40,964 nt of DNA from Macrostomum lignano (lineage: Eukaryota), in NCBI GenBank assembly GCA_002269645.1, contig NIVC01004598.1:1-40964 (forward strand), given 5' to 3'. The notes below the pieces were generated by a model. The model ran no database searches and was not told the DNA's origin. It saw only the letters and a list, made by a program, of their open reading frames with translations. Positions within the stretch are counted from its first letter, which is position 1. Every line of letters starts with the position of its first letter. Of this stretch, positions 37,501 to 40,964 are shown one piece after another. A program made the translations under genes and the position numbers.

Positions 37501-37965
37501 ATTTAGGAGGCCAAGCTTTGAGGATTTGGGAGGCCAAGCTTTGAGGATTTGGGAAGCCAAGCTTTGAGGGTTTGGGAGGCCAAGATTTGAGGATCTGGAA
37601 GGCGATAAGCTTGAGAATCAAAAAGAATACAGAGTGAGCAACAAAGCGAAAAGTCGCCAAATAAAAAACAGCACTCACCCCTTAACTTTCTTAACAATAA
37701 CCTGGCGCCGCTCCTCCTGATCTAGACCAGCTTTGTTCACCTGAACAGGCGGCACCCATTTAGTATGCGAGGGTAGAAACCTTGAATTGCTAGCAGTGCT
37801 GTCAGCGCTGGTAGCAGCTGGGCCAGTTTGTACTGTAGCACAGTTATTGCTCTGCTGCACTAAAGAGGATGCTGCTGCATTGGGCTCAGTCTGCTGATCA
37901 TTAAATCCGGCTGGTTTGTAGCTCTGAGGGGATAATCTGCGATCCCCAAGTGAAATTGTCTCCAG
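28449..37965 (-). CDS. EIF4G2: eIF4G2 / DAP5 / NAT1 (p97), about 950 aa; exons 37965-37679, 36639-35496(?), 35442(?)-35092, 32984-32616, 31201-30788, 29493-29272, 28520-28449
   Basis: KWVPP...KKVKGILNKLTPEKFDKL...LYADLCLRL (MIF4G), LRRNAWVPRR, an MA3-like region, W2 domain WKEE...YPDKGKALFQ, and acidic C-terminus WLDQAEEESDEEAD. The short N-terminus lacks PABP/eIF4E-binding extensions. The start codon and the exon 2/3 junction are inferred. Confidence 0.9.
28535..29238. repeat. 23-bp minisatellite TATGGGAGATTCYATGGGTAGTT in last eIF4G2 intron
   Basis: About 30 copies. Confidence 0.95.
29272..29493 (-). CDS. EIF4G2: eIF4G2 exon (W2)
   Basis: LLRAFMAVYDLDICDEETIVRWKEEVNHAYPDKGKALFQ. Confidence 0.9.
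29570..30650. repeat. About 34-bp minisatellite with a 167-bp higher-order repeat
   Basis: Monomer CCCTTAGATTAGAGAAAGACRATTTGAARTCTMA. An identical 5-monomer block recurs at 29951, 30118, 30285 and 30452. Confidence 0.9.
30788..31201 (-). CDS. EIF4G2: eIF4G2 exon (end of MA3 / start of W2)
   Basis: VSLSDCF...HPLGLLLLQQL...GLTSLVPKLKL...EFVHALV. 414 bp, phase 0/0. Confidence 0.85.
31240..32578. repeat. 21-bp minisatellite GAGAATATGGGATATAACTAT
   Basis: About 63 copies with periodic variant units. Confidence 0.95.
32616..32984 (-). CDS. EIF4G2: eIF4G2 exon (MA3-like region)
   Basis: VTAARDIESL...AKLVAQLVLLDQ. 369 bp, phase 0/0. Confidence 0.75.
33017..35020. repeat. 28-bp minisatellite GRGGATCTGGGAGGCTGGCCCAGCAAYT
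   Basis: About 71 copies filling the intron. Confidence 0.97.
35092..36639 (-). CDS. EIF4G2: eIF4G2 MIF4G exon(s), with a frame break near 35443-35495
   Basis: Acceptor CACAG|C. MIF4G, then a Q/A-rich linker. Donor TTG|GTAAGT. Confidence 0.85.
36672..37602. repeat. 23-bp minisatellite GAGGATYTGGGAAGCCAAGMTTT
   Basis: About 40 heterogeneous copies filling eIF4G2 coding intron 1. Confidence 0.95.
37679..37965 (-). CDS. EIF4G2: eIF4G2 first coding exon (putative CTG start)
   Basis: LETISLG...KWVPPVQ...VIVKKVKG. Donor GG|GTGAGT. Confidence 0.8.
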
Positions 37966-40213
37966 AATTTTGATAAGAAAAAATTTAGGGAAAATAAAAC
38001 AATTCTGGTAACCAAGAAGCACACTAGCAGAAAATCAAATTTCGGACACACAATTTATTAGACTTTTTGCACAGATTATCAGTTGTGGCAGCAGTACGTC
38101 ATGAATGAAAGTAAAAAATATTAAATAGTACTCAAATGGTGCTTAACTATGAAAATTGATATAGAAGCCTAAAAATCTGGCTTCTAAAGATAACATGAAG
38201 CTTCTATCCATAGGCCAATTCATTATCTTGGCCATTCTAGGGTACAATTTAAAATGCCAAAATCATAGTTGAAATTAAAGGTTTTTCTGTTCTTGGTTTT
38301 TTACTATTGGTACAAATTATACCTAAAATGCATTAAAACCTTGATATAGACACCAGTCACCAATAGCAAAGTAAATGCCAATAGTGAATGTCAATAGAAA
38401 ATGCACTTTTGGAACATCTTTATTTGTTGCCCTAAAGCAAAATTATGGACATGTCCTTAATGTCTCCCCTAGTCATGATGCCCCTATGTCAAAACAAAAA
38501 ATCTAAAATATCTCTTTATACAATAATGCAAAAATTTGGCAAAATGCTTAGTGCACTGGACTCTAGATAGTATATAGATGCATGCCAGAAAGTGCAATGT
38601 GCAAAGGGACCTGGAGGACACCATTGGCATATAACTTGGTTATATAGAGGGGCCTAGCATGCCATTTTGGCGTATAGCCTGGCATACAAAGATTGCCAAG
38701 GTAGCAGATAGGACCAAGTTGCAAATCCTAACCAGTGTACATAGTTAGTGACTAGCATACAAAAATGACCAAGTTCAAGTTTATTGTAGTCTCGATGCAC
38801 AGTTGGAATAGCTAAATTTTGATCAAAAAGAATATCTCCTAAAAAACAGACAGCTAAATAAAAAATTGTCTATCTTTTTAAAAGATTAAATTTTTTAAAA
38901 ATAAACTAGTTCTTTAGTTTATAGTTTAAATAGTTTAATAGAATATTAATGAGTTTTTACTTATCCTTTTTGCAGATTAAAAAAGCACAAGCTGAAAAGT
39001 TTGTCATTTTTGTGTTGGCATATTTTTGTGTACAATATAAGTCCACTATTGGCATGCATAGGCATATAAGAGTTAGGGAAGCAAATTTTGTTCCAGTATA
39101 CACTGTACATAATCATGAAATGGCAGTGTTTATCCCCACAATAGCATAAGAATAATTACATAGCACACTGACAAGATAGCTTTGCTATCTTCCTACAAAT
39201 ACTATAAGGAATAATTTGCAATTTGTTACTTATAGTTTATTTGCAATATAACGTAACTTTGCTTGAAGATTTGTTTTATATAAGTAAACATAAAAAATAT
39301 TAAAAGTATATATAGACAATAGGGTAGCTATCTTGTTAGTGTGCCATGTAGATAAGATAGAAATTATTCCCACAGCATATATAAATCAATAAGATGGCAA
39401 CCTTGCCTATGTGCCAATAGATAAGTAGAAAATCATTTCCACAGTATAGGAATAAGAAAAATTATTCCTATGGCCATACTTAGGAAATTATACTCTATGG
39501 CAAAAAAATTCCAACACATAAACAAAAGAATATGCGCAAAATAGCACACACAGCATACAACAAAAAGCTTAAAAGAAATTTCTAGTACATAGTAGGCTAG
39601 CAGATAGTCACCTAGTATAAATTATGTATAACCTAAAAGAAATAAACTTTAAAACACATTTTTAAAGGCATAACTAATTAATATATGTCAATTAGATAAT
39701 TGTTTTTGGTAAATTAAATAAATAATTAAAATTCAAATTAACAGTTTAGTTTACCATAAAGTTTTAGCAAATATTTCTGATAATTTTCAACATGAGCAAA
39801 AAAGGAGTTTTAACTTTAATAACAAGGCCTGAAATGCAACAAAATTGATATATTATTTTAAAGTTTAATTTAATCAAAATTTTATTAGACTTTTTAGTAT
39901 TGCCATTGCATACTAGCCCTCTGCTATGCATATAATTATATATCAATAAACAAATATAGGACTTGGTACACAAATTTGGGTAATCCTTTGGTTTTCAATC
40001 ACCTCCAATAGTGATGATCACCATAAGTCCATATAAAAATTGTTAGTTTTAAATGAAAAGAAACTCAAACTCATTTCAAATGATAGTAGTTTCAAATAAA
40101 AGAATTCAAAAGTAAGCTTACTAACTTTGTTTATTTTGAAAGATTGTAAATCAGTTTGCTAGCTAGCTTATATATCACCTTGCTTTAGGATCACACAAAC
40201 ATACATTTTTCAA

Positions 40214-40286
40214 TAAAATGATCATAAACCAAAGCTAGCAGTATTTATAGCAAACTTTTACCTAGCTTTGGTTTACAATCATTTTA
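40214..40286. repeat. 25-bp inverted repeat, with two further direct copies at 40459-40475 and 40491-40508
   Basis: TAAAATGATCATAAACCAAAGCTAG (40214-40238) versus the reverse complement of 40262-40286, TAAAATGATTGTAAACCAAAGCTAG. Confidence 0.8.
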
Positions 40287-40964
40287 TGTGTGCTACATAT
40301 TCAAATGATTAGGCCTATAAACTAAAGCTAATATATAGGCTTAAGCTGAGCAGAGTCCAAAAATCCACTGCTGCTTATCTTTAAACTAATGCTAGGCAGA
40401 TAGCCTATAGCCAGGCTAATGATATCTATCAGATTCAATTTTTATTTCATTTTATAAAGGTGATCATAAACCAAAACTGGCAAAATAGAAGGTGATTATA
40501 AACCAAAGGATTGCTTTAATTTGTACTTTAGCTTTGTGTATACTCTAAAATATTTTCTTGAATATAGTCATATAGTTTTATAAAAAAAAAATATTGTTTC
40601 CTAACATAGATAGCCTAATAGTGCAATTGAATAGAATTAAAAATATTGATAATGTAATAATTAATTTTGAGCCATTTTTAAAACTTAATTAAAAACTTAA
40701 TTCAACTTAAGCCTTAAATAATATGAAAAATAAGATAAAAAATGATAAATAAAAAGTTGACAGAATACTTGATGGAAAAAAATGATAGAATACTTGATAG
40801 AAAAGTTGATAGCATAGGCCTGCTTAATAGAATAGCAAAAGTTGAAGGAATATTTAATGGAAAAATTGACAAAAAGTTTAATGGAATAGTTATGCCTATG
40901 GAATAATTGCATGAAAAGGTTATAGGAAATTATATGGCCAAAGTTCTACATGCTCAAAATGTCT

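Noticed and set aside
7625-37602. Arrays as CRISPR loci
   Set aside because: There are no unique spacers and no cas genes, and the context is eukaryotic.

Overview
This is eukaryotic (animal) genomic DNA. GC-rich spliced exons with polyQ/polyA tracts and minisatellite-packed introns suggest a free-living flatworm such as Macrostomum, but the organism is an inference. Two multi-exon minus-strand genes were rebuilt by hand with GT-AG sites and consistent phases: an FHDC1/INF1-type formin (14408->5528, or 5063 if one TGA is bypassed) and eIF4G2/DAP5/NAT1 (37965->28449). The window also holds a single-exon secreted 6-Cys miniprotein (1577-1840), an RTE-like LINE fragment, a nested pair of 5'-truncated LINEs each with its own TSD, a tRNA/CORE-like SINE, an intact DD34D mariner with TIRs and TA TSD, and about 15 tandem arrays. 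Nearly all long ORFs in the track over the arrays are artefacts of repeats. I see no clearly new multi-gene system. The best leads are a CUG start codon for eIF4G2, a sharply bounded CpG desert with CA/TG/TA decay fingerprints, the orphan secreted miniprotein, an in-frame TGA in a coding repeat of the formin, and an indel-free 4.8-kb 24-bp array with one fully open frame.
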